A DNA stretch of 64,000 bases from an uncultured virus (IMG/VR IMGVR_UViG_3300042808_000075) (lineage: Duplodnaviria > Heunggongvirae > Uroviricota > Caudoviricetes). Within the stretch, counting starts at the first letter, position 1. Each line of letters begins with the position of its first letter. The translations under genes were made by a program, and so were the position numbers. The notes beneath the pieces are model-generated. The model ran no database searches, was not told where the DNA came from, and worked only from the letters and a program-made list of their open reading frames with translations. Below are positions 38,940 to 48,400 of the stretch, piece by piece. The stretch lies in the IMG/VR virus record IMGVR_UViG_3300042808_000075; one strand, given 5' to 3'.

Positions 38940-39770
38940 TTAATCAAAAAAATAACATGCTATATTGTTCACAAAACCTCTCCATGCTTCATGGTGTTTG
39001 TCTTTTAAGTTGTGAAGCACTTGTTGTTTATATACATCATCCATAGTAAAAAACTTCATCAAATACACTTTAAAATAATTATTAACATTGTCATCGTTAA
39101 TGATGTTAAATAATTTATCAAAGTTATTATTGTCAAATAAATTTAATAGAAAATGTTTTTGTAAATCATGATTGAATTCCAAAATATTTTTCATATATTC
39201 TTTTTCTTGATTTGGTTCCCAATGAGTATTTCCAAAATTGGTTTTGTAAAATGTTTGATTTTTATATTTATTTACTACAGGTGAAGACTCAATTGTATAT
39301 TCATTATCATAATTTTCATTGTTAATTCCTTGTAATTTAGCCGCTAACATAGTAATGTGAATAATGTGTTGTTTGATTTCATTAACAGTTGTTTTTAAAA
39401 TAAAATCAGGATTAATCATGATTCGTTTTCCATCTGTGGCTATAGACATAGTAAGGTCACAAAAGAAATAGTCCATAAAAACCAATGGATAAGAGAATTT
39501 AAAATGATCGAATATTTGTTTAATAATAACATATTCAACTAAAAAATTAATTGTTTGTTCTTTAAGTTCATCCATTGTTTTAAAGGTGGATTGACCTATA
39601 TTTTCTAATACAGTAATGTCATTAATGTTAATTTTATTAGATGTTAAATTATTAATCGTCAAAAACAACGACGATTTTGTATTAATTTTATTAATGCAGT
39701 GTGTTGCTTTTGAATTTTTCCCTTTGTGGTATAAAACAATAAAACTCCCTTGATTGTTGTTCATGTTCAA
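38940..39770 (-). CDS. Hypothetical protein, tandem paralog of 39872..40726
   Basis: SIATDGK.IMINPDFILKT. Confidence 0.85.
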   Translation of the reverse strand: MNMNNNQGSFIVLYHKGKNSKATHCINKINTKSSLFLTINNLTSNKININDITVLENIGQSTFKTMDELKEQTINFLVEYVIIKQIFDHFKFSYPLVFMDYFFCDLTMSIATDGKRIMINPDFILKTTVNEIKQHIIHITMLAAKLQGINNENYDNEYTIESSPVVNKYKNQTFYKTNFGNTHWEPNQEKEYMKNILEFNHDLQKHFLLNLFDNNNFDKLFNIINDDNVNNYFKVYLMKFFTMDDVYKQQVLHNLKDKHHEAWRGFVNNIACYFFD

Positions 39771-39871
39771 CTCTCCTTCATTTTATTTAATAATTAATTA
39801 TAACATATTGCTTTATTTTTGTAAATAAAAAACCACTACTTTAAGTAGTGGTTTTAAATATTTATGTGTTA

Positions 39872-40726
39872 TCAATTTTCAGGAAAAAAATAACATGACA
39901 TTATTTCTGTAAATTCATACCAAGTATTTTTCCTTGAATTTTCTTTATCTTCACCTAATTTAAAACTATCTTTTACTTGTTGATTATATTCTGGTGTACT
40001 ATTTGTAAAATAAAATTTCATTAAACAAGTTTTAGAATATACATTTACTATATCATTATTTATGAATTTAGCTATTTTTTCAAAATCATCATCATCAAAC
40101 CAATTTAATTTAAAAAGTTCTGTGAATGCATGATTTGTTTCTGTAATGTTTTTTGTGTATTTTTTTTCTTCACATGGTTTCCAATCAATATTGTTATAGT
40201 CTACTTGTAAAAATGTCGAATTTTCATATTGTTTATTCATTGGAGAGCTTTTGTATTCATTGTCATAATCTTCAGTATTGACACCTTGTAGTTTAGTTGC
40301 CAACATAGAAATTTGAATAATATATTTTTCAATTTCATCAACAGTTGTTTTTAAAATAAAATCAGGATTAATCATAATTTGTTTGCCATCTGTTGCTATA
40401 GAAGAAGTTATGTCACAGAAAAAATAATCCATAAAAGCTAATGGATAAAACAATTTAATATCATTATTAATTAGAGATATAATAGAGGAATTCACCAAAA
40501 AATTGATAGTTTGATCTTCAAGGTCTGCCATTGTTTCAAAGGTATTATAGTTTATTTGTTTTAATACAGTAATGTCACAAATTTCAATTTTGTTTGTTGT
40601 TAATTTGTTAATTTCTTTGAATAATAAATGTTGAGAAGTGATGTTGTCAATACAATGTGTTTCGTTTGATTTTACTTTCCGATATAAAACAATATAATTT
40701 CCGTGTTTCATGTTGATACCCTCCAA
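39872..40726 (-). CDS. Hypothetical protein, tandem paralog of 38940..39770
   Basis: End-to-end similarity; start probably 40711. Confidence 0.85.
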   Translation of the reverse strand: MEGINMKHGNYIVLYRKVKSNETHCIDNITSQHLLFKEINKLTTNKIEICDITVLKQINYNTFETMADLEDQTINFLVNSSIISLINNDIKLFYPLAFMDYFFCDITSSIATDGKQIMINPDFILKTTVDEIEKYIIQISMLATKLQGVNTEDYDNEYKSSPMNKQYENSTFLQVDYNNIDWKPCEEKKYTKNITETNHAFTELFKLNWFDDDDFEKIAKFINNDIVNVYSKTCLMKFYFTNSTPEYNQQVKDSFKLGEDKENSRKNTWYEFTEIMSCYFFPEN

Positions 40727-40797
40727 TAAAATTTCATAGTTTATTATAGCATACTGCTTTGTTTTTGTAAAGAAAAAACAACTTTAAAGTGAGTATG

Positions 40798-41985
40798 TCA
40801 CGAAGGAACAGATAATCTTACTTTATGCTTATGGAATAATTGTTTTAAATCTTCACGCAGATAAGGTAAAAAATAACTAGGTTTATCTTTCATTGCCACC
40901 AATATTTTTTCTTTGATATCTTGTTCGTTAGTGAATAATCTCAACGCTAGGTCGCAAATAAATGTTCCTTGGTGTGGTAACATTAACTTCATTACTGATA
41001 AATTTTCTACAACCAATTTTCTGTCTTTTTCTTTTTTGATTAGATCATAAACAATATGACTTTGATGTAATATATATAAATAGTAATTATTGATTAATTC
41101 TTCCGATTCATTAAGTAAATTAACTATATTGGTTAATTTAAGTTCATTGGCATATGAAATAGTATCATCTTTGTTTTGGTTAACAATTAGATCATAAACA
41201 ACATTATGATTTAATTGTGTAACGATTTTGTGTCTATTTAAATACCAAAGTGTTTTTATTTTATATCTTTCGCCATTTTTCATAACAACAACAACACCTT
41301 CATGGTTTTCCCAATTGTTATGCAAATCATAAAAGAAATCATGCATGTTGGTATCAACATTGATTTCATCAATTTTTAATTGGGTAGGGAAATCTTTAAT
41401 CAAAGAAATATCTAGATATTCACCTGTTTTAATATGTCTAATTGCAATCAATTTTAAGGTAGGTATTTGATAGTTAATTACAATTCGACAATCAGTGCTT
41501 GAATATTCAAAAATAGGAGTATACCCTTTATTAATATAGTTTTTACAAAAATTAATAAAATCATTGTAAAAATGTTGTTGTTTTATCCAATCATTAAATC
41601 TGGTTACTACTGATGAAAAAGGTGAAGTTTTTGTTTTAAAATAAACAATATCATTTAACATAAAAGGGGTAATCATACTTCCATCCATTTTTTCCAAAGT
41701 TTGAAGAACATTTTCCCATTGAATACTTTCAAATTGTGTTTCTTCTCTTTCGTTAACATTAAAAAACTTATGAAAAGGTCGGCAAATACATTCACCTGTA
41801 TCCATACGAAAAGTAATCCCACGTGCTTCTTTTGCCATATCAGAATCAAAAGTAGTAGGAAATTGGACTAAATAACTAATTACTCCAATATTAATATTAT
41901 CAACAATATGTTCAATAATATTAATTTCTTCTTTATTTTTTAAAATATCTTCAAATTGTTTAATGTTTGTAATAATAGGAAACAT
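40798..41985 (-). CDS. T4 Rnl1-like RNA ligase
   Basis: EARGITF, RPFHKFFNVNE, motif I EKMDGS, IFEY, EGVVV, YKIKT. Confidence 0.9.
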   Translation of the reverse strand: MFPIITNIKQFEDILKNKEEINIIEHIVDNINIGVISYLVQFPTTFDSDMAKEARGITFRMDTGECICRPFHKFFNVNEREETQFESIQWENVLQTLEKMDGSMITPFMLNDIVYFKTKTSPFSSVVTRFNDWIKQQHFYNDFINFCKNYINKGYTPIFEYSSTDCRIVINYQIPTLKLIAIRHIKTGEYLDISLIKDFPTQLKIDEINVDTNMHDFFYDLHNNWENHEGVVVVMKNGERYKIKTLWYLNRHKIVTQLNHNVVYDLIVNQNKDDTISYANELKLTNIVNLLNESEELINNYYLYILHQSHIVYDLIKKEKDRKLVVENLSVMKLMLPHQGTFICDLALRLFTNEQDIKEKILVAMKDKPSYFLPYLREDLKQLFHKHKVRLSVPS

Positions 41986-42009
41986 TTATTTTTCTCCTTT
42001 TTATTTTAT

Positions 42010-42230
42010 CCAAATAGAATAAATAGATTTATTGCCGCAATCCGTTAATATAAATATATTTAATCTCTAACGGATGAGATATAAAAAATAATATAATTAA
42101 AATTCTCTCTTAATTATATTTAATAATTAAGTTATTGCGAATCTCATTTTTATTATTTTTCAAGATACCAATTACCACAAAGTAAAATAACAAGCTATCC
42201 TTTGGTTTCTTGTATTTCTTTGCAGAATAT
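42010..42230 (-). ncRNA. Putative omegaRNA/reRNA scaffold
   Basis: Non-coding region 3' of tnpB with stems CTGCAAAG/CTTTGTGG, ACAAG/CTTGT, ATCCGTTA/TAACGGAT, CGCAAT/ATTGCG, TGAGAT/ATCTCA. Confidence 0.5.
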
Positions 42231-42233
42231 TAT

Positions 42234-43682
42234 TTAAATTATATTTTTATTATAACAATCTTTAAATCCTTGACCCCTTCTTGTTATTACATATGATGCC
42301 CCTTGATGCACACCCAAACTTCTTTGTTTACAATATTTTTGCCTTGCTATTTTACTTGTATATGCTGGATTCACTAAAATTAATTCTATATTATTTCTTA
42401 CACATGCATTTCCTATACATTGTTTATATCTACTATAATCAAAATCATGTATCATTTTATTGCGTTTTTTACCTTTATTACTTTTTGCTTTAATTATTTG
42501 TGATTTAGTTTTAATAAAATCAAGATTTTCTATTATTAATGATTTATTTTTACTTTTACAATATTTAATTATTTTTGCAACTTGTTCTCTAATTTCTGAT
42601 TTAGCTTTATTACCTGTTCCATGATATTTTAAATCAAATTTTTTCAAATTAATTAAATTGCCAATAGAATTTGTTTCTGCTAATTGAATAAAACCCTTAT
42701 TATAATCTAAACCTACTGTGCCAAATGTTTTTGTAGTGAAAATATCATTTTTATTATTAAAAATATTTTTATCAAAAACAAACACACATTGTAAATATAT
42801 TTTTTTATCTCTAAAAACAATTCTATAAGATAATGCTACACATTTATCTTTGTTTTTATTTAACAATAAATTTTCTTTCAAATATTCTTCTAAAAATTTA
42901 TATTTAAATCTACATTGACCATATATACTTTTTGTGTTTGACAAACAATCTATAGTTCTAACTTTAATTTGATAACAATCATTAAATAAATTTTTTAATT
43001 GAAATTCTGAATTACAAGCTGTTTCGGTAGAAGAACCCCAATAATAAATATTTTTATCTCTGTTTTTTCTAAAAACATTTAACCATTTTTCGTGAGTTTT
43101 AAAATTATTTTCTTTTAAAAAATGTTGTGCCTTAAATAATTTTTTAGTTCCAAAACAAATTGAAAATTTACCTGTATCAATTTGTTTTTGTATGTTAATT
43201 GTTTTTATTTTTAAATAATTAATTTTTTGTTGTTTTTTATATAGATTGTTTTTGTTTTTTTTATAGTTTTTTAATTGAAATAACGTGGCTTTATTATTTG
43301 CTATTAATAATTTTGTTTTGTTTATTTTTTCTTTTAATATATTTATTTGTTTAATTATTTTTTTCGATTTACCTTCAATTTGCTTTATTTCATATTTTTT
43401 CAATGCTAATAATGCATTATATTTGCCTAAAATATCATTAATAATAGAACTAGCAGTACGTTTAGAAATGGAAAATTTGTTTTGAAGAAAAGTGTTATAT
43501 TTTGATTTATTTCTGATTAAAATAGATATAGTTTTTCTTTTTACATCTTGCCAAACAAAACGATAAATTTTAGCGTAATAAGGAACTAATAATTTAAAAT
43601 AATCTATAAGTTCTTTTGAATTTTGTTTATTTAACCTAGTTTCTAGGGTAAAAGTTGTATTTTTAAAACATTTATTGTTCAT
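42234..43682 (-). CDS. tnpB: IS200/IS605 accessory TnpB-related RuvC protein
   Basis: FGTKKLFKAQ, RuvC-I VGLDYN, RuvC-II IIENLDF, VNPAYTS, HQGASYVITRRG. Confidence 0.85.
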   Translation of the reverse strand: MNNKCFKNTTFTLETRLNKQNSKELIDYFKLLVPYYAKIYRFVWQDVKRKTISILIRNKSKYNTFLQNKFSISKRTASSIINDILGKYNALLALKKYEIKQIEGKSKKIIKQINILKEKINKTKLLIANNKATLFQLKNYKKNKNNLYKKQQKINYLKIKTINIQKQIDTGKFSICFGTKKLFKAQHFLKENNFKTHEKWLNVFRKNRDKNIYYWGSSTETACNSEFQLKNLFNDCYQIKVRTIDCLSNTKSIYGQCRFKYKFLEEYLKENLLLNKNKDKCVALSYRIVFRDKKIYLQCVFVFDKNIFNNKNDIFTTKTFGTVGLDYNKGFIQLAETNSIGNLINLKKFDLKYHGTGNKAKSEIREQVAKIIKYCKSKNKSLIIENLDFIKTKSQIIKAKSNKGKKRNKMIHDFDYSRYKQCIGNACVRNNIELILVNPAYTSKIARQKYCKQRSLGVHQGASYVITRRGQGFKDCYNKNII

Positions 43683-43901
43683 ATGTGAATTTCACTTTCA
43701 TTTAATATTTTAAAATATATTTAATAGTGGTATCATGATTTTTTACATATATACTTTTATTATATCACATTGCTAATAACTATTCAATATATAAATGTTA
43801 ATAACAAACAATTTTTAATATTATTTTATAATTTATTATAACATATTTATTTTAAAATGTAAACAAAAAAAGCACTTTTTAAAAGTGCTTTTTGTAATAT
43901 A

Positions 43902-44450
43902 TTATTTGTCAATATATTTTAAAAATTCTTTACCATTGTCAGCAAATTCTTTTAATAAAGTATGAATTAAAATTTCAGATGCGCCAGAATGGTTTTGTTT
44001 TTCAATGGTTTGTTTGGCTGTTTCAAAATCGTTTTCATTTAAAACAGTAATGATTTCCAAACAACAACCTAATTCCATTCCTCTATACATGCCGTTTAAC
44101 CGAGCATGAACAACTTCTCCCCACTTTTCCAATTTATCGTCTGAAATAATTCCTTTTGCCTTTTCTTTGTATTCTTTTGTTAATGCGGGTATGCTTTCAA
44201 GGTATTTTTCTTTTTCTTTTATTCTTTGCAATCGTTCTTCTTCTAAGTGTTTTTCAAAATCTTCCTTGGTATATCCCGTGATTGCTTTATATGCACCATC
44301 CAAAGTAACAGTATCAGAATATAAATCAACGCCGTTGAAATCAGTAACAAACAACAAACCTGTACCATTGGTATTTAATCTTTGCAATTCTTTTACCACT
44401 TCATCAATTGTCAAACCTAACCAATCTCTGCGCAGATATCTTTTCTCCAT
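43902..44450 (-). CDS. Hypothetical phage protein
   Basis: FNGVDLYSDTVTLD, YRGMEL, QNHSGAS. Confidence 0.85.
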   Translation of the reverse strand: MEKRYLRRDWLGLTIDEVVKELQRLNTNGTGLLFVTDFNGVDLYSDTVTLDGAYKAITGYTKEDFEKHLEEERLQRIKEKEKYLESIPALTKEYKEKAKGIISDDKLEKWGEVVHARLNGMYRGMELGCCLEIITVLNENDFETAKQTIEKQNHSGASEILIHTLLKEFADNGKEFLKYIDK

Positions 44451-44453
44451 TAT

Positions 44454-44711
44454 TTATTCTCCCCTCATTTTATTAAAACTTTGTTTAATTTTTATTGAAA
44501 CAATCATTGGAATACTGTACCAAACAGCAAACATTAAATGATTAAATTTGAATTTTTTATCCAATTGTTCAGTTCTTATGACATGCATTTTTTTTGCATA
44601 TTTATCAATACTTGAATCACTAAGCAAAAATAAAGACCTGATTAACAAATTCATAATCGACAAAATAATAATTACAAAAAACGCTAAAATAAAATCTACA
44701 AAATAATCCAT
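44454..44711 (-). CDS. Small membrane protein
   Basis: Two hydrophobic segments, RBS. Confidence 0.7.
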   Translation of the reverse strand: MDYFVDFILAFFVIIILSIMNLLIRSLFLLSDSSIDKYAKKMHVIRTEQLDKKFKFNHLMFAVWYSIPMIVSIKIKQSFNKMRGE

Positions 44712-44727
44712 ATTATAAATTCTCCTT

Positions 44728-45144
44728 TTATTTTCTTACTGCTTTATATGCATCATCCAAAGTAACCGTATCAGAATACAAATCAACGCCATTGAAATTT
44801 ACTACAACTTTTTGATTAGCTTTTTTAAATTTTAACAACTACTTTACTGTTTGTTCAATAGTTAACCCTAATGCAATATGATCTTTTCTAATGTATTCAT
44901 TACTTTGGTTACGCAAACTTCCATCTTCTTCAATTACATTCCATTCACCATCATAATTGAAACCTTTCCAGTAATTCAATTCAATCATCGTACCACATTT
45001 GTTACATTTAATTTGTGTAGTATTATCTACTGTTTGTCTAATTAAAACATCTCCTTTGTATTTTAATTGAATCGGGGGATGAACACTACCAATTTTATCA
45101 ATTATACCAGTTGCACCACAATTACATGTTAATGCCAATTTCAT
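44728..45144 (-). pseudogene. Zn-ribbon protein fused to a copy of the 43902 N-terminal domain, with in-frame TAG at 44839
   Basis: LGLTIEQTVK*LLKFK..FNGVDLYSDTVTLDDAYKA aligns across the stop with 43902. Confidence 0.75.
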
Positions 45145-45238
45145 ATTGTTTTATCTCCTTTTTGTTTATAATTTATTATAACATATTGCTTTTCATATGT
45201 AAAGAAAAAAGCACTTTTTAAAAGTGCTTTGAAATATT

Positions 45239-46180
45239 TTAAATAAACTTTAACAATTGATTGGCTAAATGACCGCCAATATTATAAACAATTTGTAAAT
45301 CTTTTTTTTCTAACAATTTAAGTTCATTTTCGTAATCAATTTCAAAATCTTTTTTTGCATCATCCATGATAAAAGAGATATATTCTTTCATTTGTGCTTT
45401 ATTATTAATAGTACCAATTTTGCTAAAAGCACTGTTAATACGGTTTTCGTTTAAATATGTTTTAAAAACACTGTTTAATTGGATTAAATTTTCATCGATT
45501 TCGATAATAACTTTTTCTTTTATTTTTTCTTCAAATTTACTATGTTTAATTTTTAAAACAATATTTTTCCCCCCGTTATTAATCAGCCAATTATCAAAAG
45601 GCTTTACCACTACACCTTCGGCAAAATTATTTCCCATAGGGTTGAAGGTAGTTATAAAAACCGGATTAAATTTAACAGCTTCATCAATACCTTTAACAAT
45701 GGCTAACAATTTTACCAACATGTTTTCAAATCCATTATCGCAGAAAAATTTTCGATATTGTTTTGGTGATTGCATAACATCATTCACTTTAAATCCAATA
45801 ATACGCATAGCTGATTGATTAGATTGATTAAAATACTTAATGCCTTTACTTAATTTACCACCAAACAATTCAAAATACGTTGTTAATTTAACATTATTAT
45901 CAATAGAATATTGTTTTAAAAAATCAAATAATTGTTTTTCTTCTGGTTGTTCAATGGTTTGCCAAAGTGAAAAAAATGGTGTATCAGGCGTTAAAACCAT
46001 TTCACGACTAAAAAATTCAATTTCACCATTTTGAACAGTTGCTTGAATATTTGCTCCATGCATTTTTTCTTCAATAGCAAATTCAATGTCAATTAATTGG
46101 GGAAATTCGTTTTTGAAAATTTGCAATTGATTTTTATTATCAATTCGTACAATTGAAGGAAATGAATCATGATTAGTCAT
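45239..46180 (-). CDS. Rnl2-family RNA ligase
   Basis: Motif I EEKMHGAN, FELFGG, AEGVVVKP, LKIK..KFEE, YLNENRI.S..SKIG. Confidence 0.88.
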   Translation of the reverse strand: MTNHDSFPSIVRIDNKNQLQIFKNEFPQLIDIEFAIEEKMHGANIQATVQNGEIEFFSREMVLTPDTPFFSLWQTIEQPEEKQLFDFLKQYSIDNNVKLTTYFELFGGKLSKGIKYFNQSNQSAMRIIGFKVNDVMQSPKQYRKFFCDNGFENMLVKLLAIVKGIDEAVKFNPVFITTFNPMGNNFAEGVVVKPFDNWLINNGGKNIVLKIKHSKFEEKIKEKVIIEIDENLIQLNSVFKTYLNENRINSAFSKIGTINNKAQMKEYISFIMDDAKKDFEIDYENELKLLEKKDLQIVYNIGGHLANQLLKFI

Positions 46181-46291
46181 TGTGTATTCTCCTTTACAAT
46201 GTTTAATATAAACATTATATTATATTAATTGAAATTTGTAAAGGATTAATTAAACAATCTTCATTAGTTTGACAAAATGTGAAAGAATCTT

Positions 46292-47035
46292 CTATTCGAA
46301 TCTTGGTTCAGGTTCAGCATTAGGGCGAATGCTATCTTCTTCACCATTAGTATTTAGATTTATTTTTACATTAGATTGTTTTAATTTCAAAATATATAAA
46401 TCCATATCGTTTAAATACTTTAATGAAGTTATATCAACTATATCTGTATTAGAAATAGACCACAATTCACTATTTTTAAATTTATGTAATCTAATATTGA
46501 AATTCATATTTTCATCTGCTTCACATAAAAAATTAACACTAACATATTCAAGACTATGCCATTTTTCTGTTTTTTCAACTGATGTTTCCAGTGAAACATC
46601 AAAATAATTATAGCTAATATCATCATCGTAATCGATTCCTAAACCACAAGTATCAACATTTTCTTGTACATATTCTTTCCATAACTCAAATATATCTGTC
46701 AAATCAACTTGTTCTTTTTCCATTGGAATCATTAATGATTGAAAGTTTTTTAATATTTTTGAATTATCTAATGTGGTTTTCTGTAAAATTTCAGTTAAAA
46801 CTGAATCCAATTTAATTATATATTCAGAATAATCATATTTTTCCAAATATGGAACTAAAATAGTTTCCAATTGATTTTTAATAGCTTTAGTTACTTCACC
46901 ATAGTTTCCAAATAAATCTTTTAATGCGTTTTGAATACATTTATCAAATTCTTGGCCTATTAATTGTTCAATTGTCCCATTACTCATTTTTTCTTCAATT
47001 ACCCCATTGATTTTTCCTTCTAATGTGTCCTTCAT
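46292..47035 (-). CDS. Hypothetical phage protein
   Basis: 247 aa, acidic, GGAGG RBS. Confidence 0.85.
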   Translation of the reverse strand: MKDTLEGKINGVIEEKMSNGTIEQLIGQEFDKCIQNALKDLFGNYGEVTKAIKNQLETILVPYLEKYDYSEYIIKLDSVLTEILQKTTLDNSKILKNFQSLMIPMEKEQVDLTDIFELWKEYVQENVDTCGLGIDYDDDISYNYFDVSLETSVEKTEKWHSLEYVSVNFLCEADENMNFNIRLHKFKNSELWSISNTDIVDITSLKYLNDMDLYILKLKQSNVKINLNTNGEEDSIRPNAEPEPRFE

Positions 47036-47169
47036 TTAATAGCCTCCATTTTTATATTTATAACTTCACATTTTTAAAAACAAAAAAAGAAAAGCACTTC
47101 TAGCTTTTCTTTTTATTTTAATATAATTTTATCACAATGTCAATATGTGTACTTTATAAATCAAGGTAG

Positions 47170-47184
47170 CTAATGCCAATGCAT
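47170..47184 (-). CDS. Minigene MHWH
   Basis: AAGGAGG, 8 nt spacer, ATG CAT TGG CAT TAG. Confidence 0.45.
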   Translation of the reverse strand: MHWH

Positions 47185-47221
47185 ATACATTTCCTCCTTT
47201 TTATTATATATGTTTTTTTAT

Positions 47222-47230
47222 CTACTGCAA
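47222..47230 (-). CDS. Minigene TTG-CAG-TAG
   Basis: Leader AGAAAGAAGGAGATTCCA; promoter TTTACA-17-TGATACAAT. Confidence 0.45.
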   Translation of the reverse strand: MQ

Positions 47231-47312
47231 TGGAATCTCCTTCTTTCTTTTGTTTATTTTCTATATCTTTATTGTATCATATGTGTTTTATTTTGTAAAT
47301 GTTTTTTTAATT

Positions 47313-47669
47313 TTAGTCATCTTCATTGAATTGACGAAATTTAAAATAATCATCTGAACAAATTTCAAACTCGTCACAAGCAACACAATCAACAAATTCA
47401 TTTATTTTTTTACAGTAAACAGGTCGCTCATGGAGATATTTATTGATATCATTTTCTTATTTTTCTTGGTTCATATGATGTTGGAAAATCTGTTCGCTTT
47501 CCTCTTTTTTTACTTCGACAGAATGTTCGCCAAAACCATAATTGCAACCATTTTCATCAGTAAAACTACCTTCTGTGAAATCATAATCTTTAACGATTAC
47601 TTTCATTTCTTCATTTCCAATCATTCGAACAATTCCACCATCTTGAATTTCAATAATTAATTTTACCAT
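47313..47669 (-). pseudogene. Gene split by an in-frame TAA at 47457
   Basis: ..NQEK*ENDINKYLHERPVYCKKINEFVDCVACDEFEIC..; 47 further open codons with no own start or RBS. Confidence 0.6.
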
Positions 47670-47712
47670 TTATTTTTTCTCCTTTTCTTTTATTAATTTA
47701 ATTATACCACCA

Positions 47713-47970
47713 TCACTTTACATTTGTCAAGTCTTCTATTTCGTGTTTCATTTTTTTAATGTGTTTTTCCATACCAACTTTGATTTCAACCAGTGTATCT
47801 AGATTCCCTTTTATTGTAGCATTATAATACAAATAATTATCACCAAACAATAGGCATTCTTTGTTTATTTCAGCTTTTGTTTTTTTCAGTTTTTCTTTTA
47901 TCCATGTTAATATTTCAGTTGCACCTTCTATTTTTATTTGTAATTTTTTTATTTCATTCATTTTTTTCAT
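47713..47970 (-). CDS. Hypothetical coiled-coil protein
   Basis: 85 aa. Confidence 0.7.
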   Translation of the reverse strand: MKKMNEIKKLQIKIEGATEILTWIKEKLKKTKAEINKECLLFGDNYLYYNATIKGNLDTLVEIKVGMEKHIKKMKHEIEDLTNVK

Positions 47971-47994
47971 TTTATTTCATTCCTTTTTTAAATA

Positions 47995-48321
47995 TTATAC
48001 CACACAGTGTTTGTTTTTTACAACTTTTTCAATATCAACTAATTGATATTTTCGTTTATAATCACCTTTTACTTCACTAAAATACCAATCAATTTTTGCT
48101 TTAAAAGTGATGCATTCACCTTTTTTGAAATTTGTTTTAAAATTTATATCAGGTGGATAAATCCATGCATGATCGGCAAGCAATGTTTTTTTGCCACTTA
48201 TTTTTAATTCAGTTAATAATACAGTAGTGTTTTTGTTTTTATCCTTACCAAATCTGCTAATAATTGCATCAACTATAATCTTTTCATTATTGTATAAGTG
48301 AAGATTGTTTATCTTGCCCAT
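47995..48321 (-). CDS. Hypothetical protein, paralog of 57826..58161 (start revised)
   Basis: FG..TVLLT...H.WI motif; AAGGAG RBS. Confidence 0.8.
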   Translation of the reverse strand: MGKINNLHLYNNEKIIVDAIISRFGKDKNKNTTVLLTELKISGKKTLLADHAWIYPPDINFKTNFKKGECITFKAKIDWYFSEVKGDYKRKYQLVDIEKVVKNKHCVV

Positions 48322-48400
48322 AATAACTCCTTTCTTTATTGTACTTGTTTTATTATATATTTGTAAACAAAAAACCACCTTATAAGGTGGTTTTAATAAT

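Larger units (their letters stand above)
42010..43820 (-). mobile_element. Transposase-less IS200/IS605/IS607-type TnpB insertion
   Basis: TTATTTTAT at both 42001-42009 and 43821-43829; splits a cassette promoter from the ligase RBS. Confidence 0.6.
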
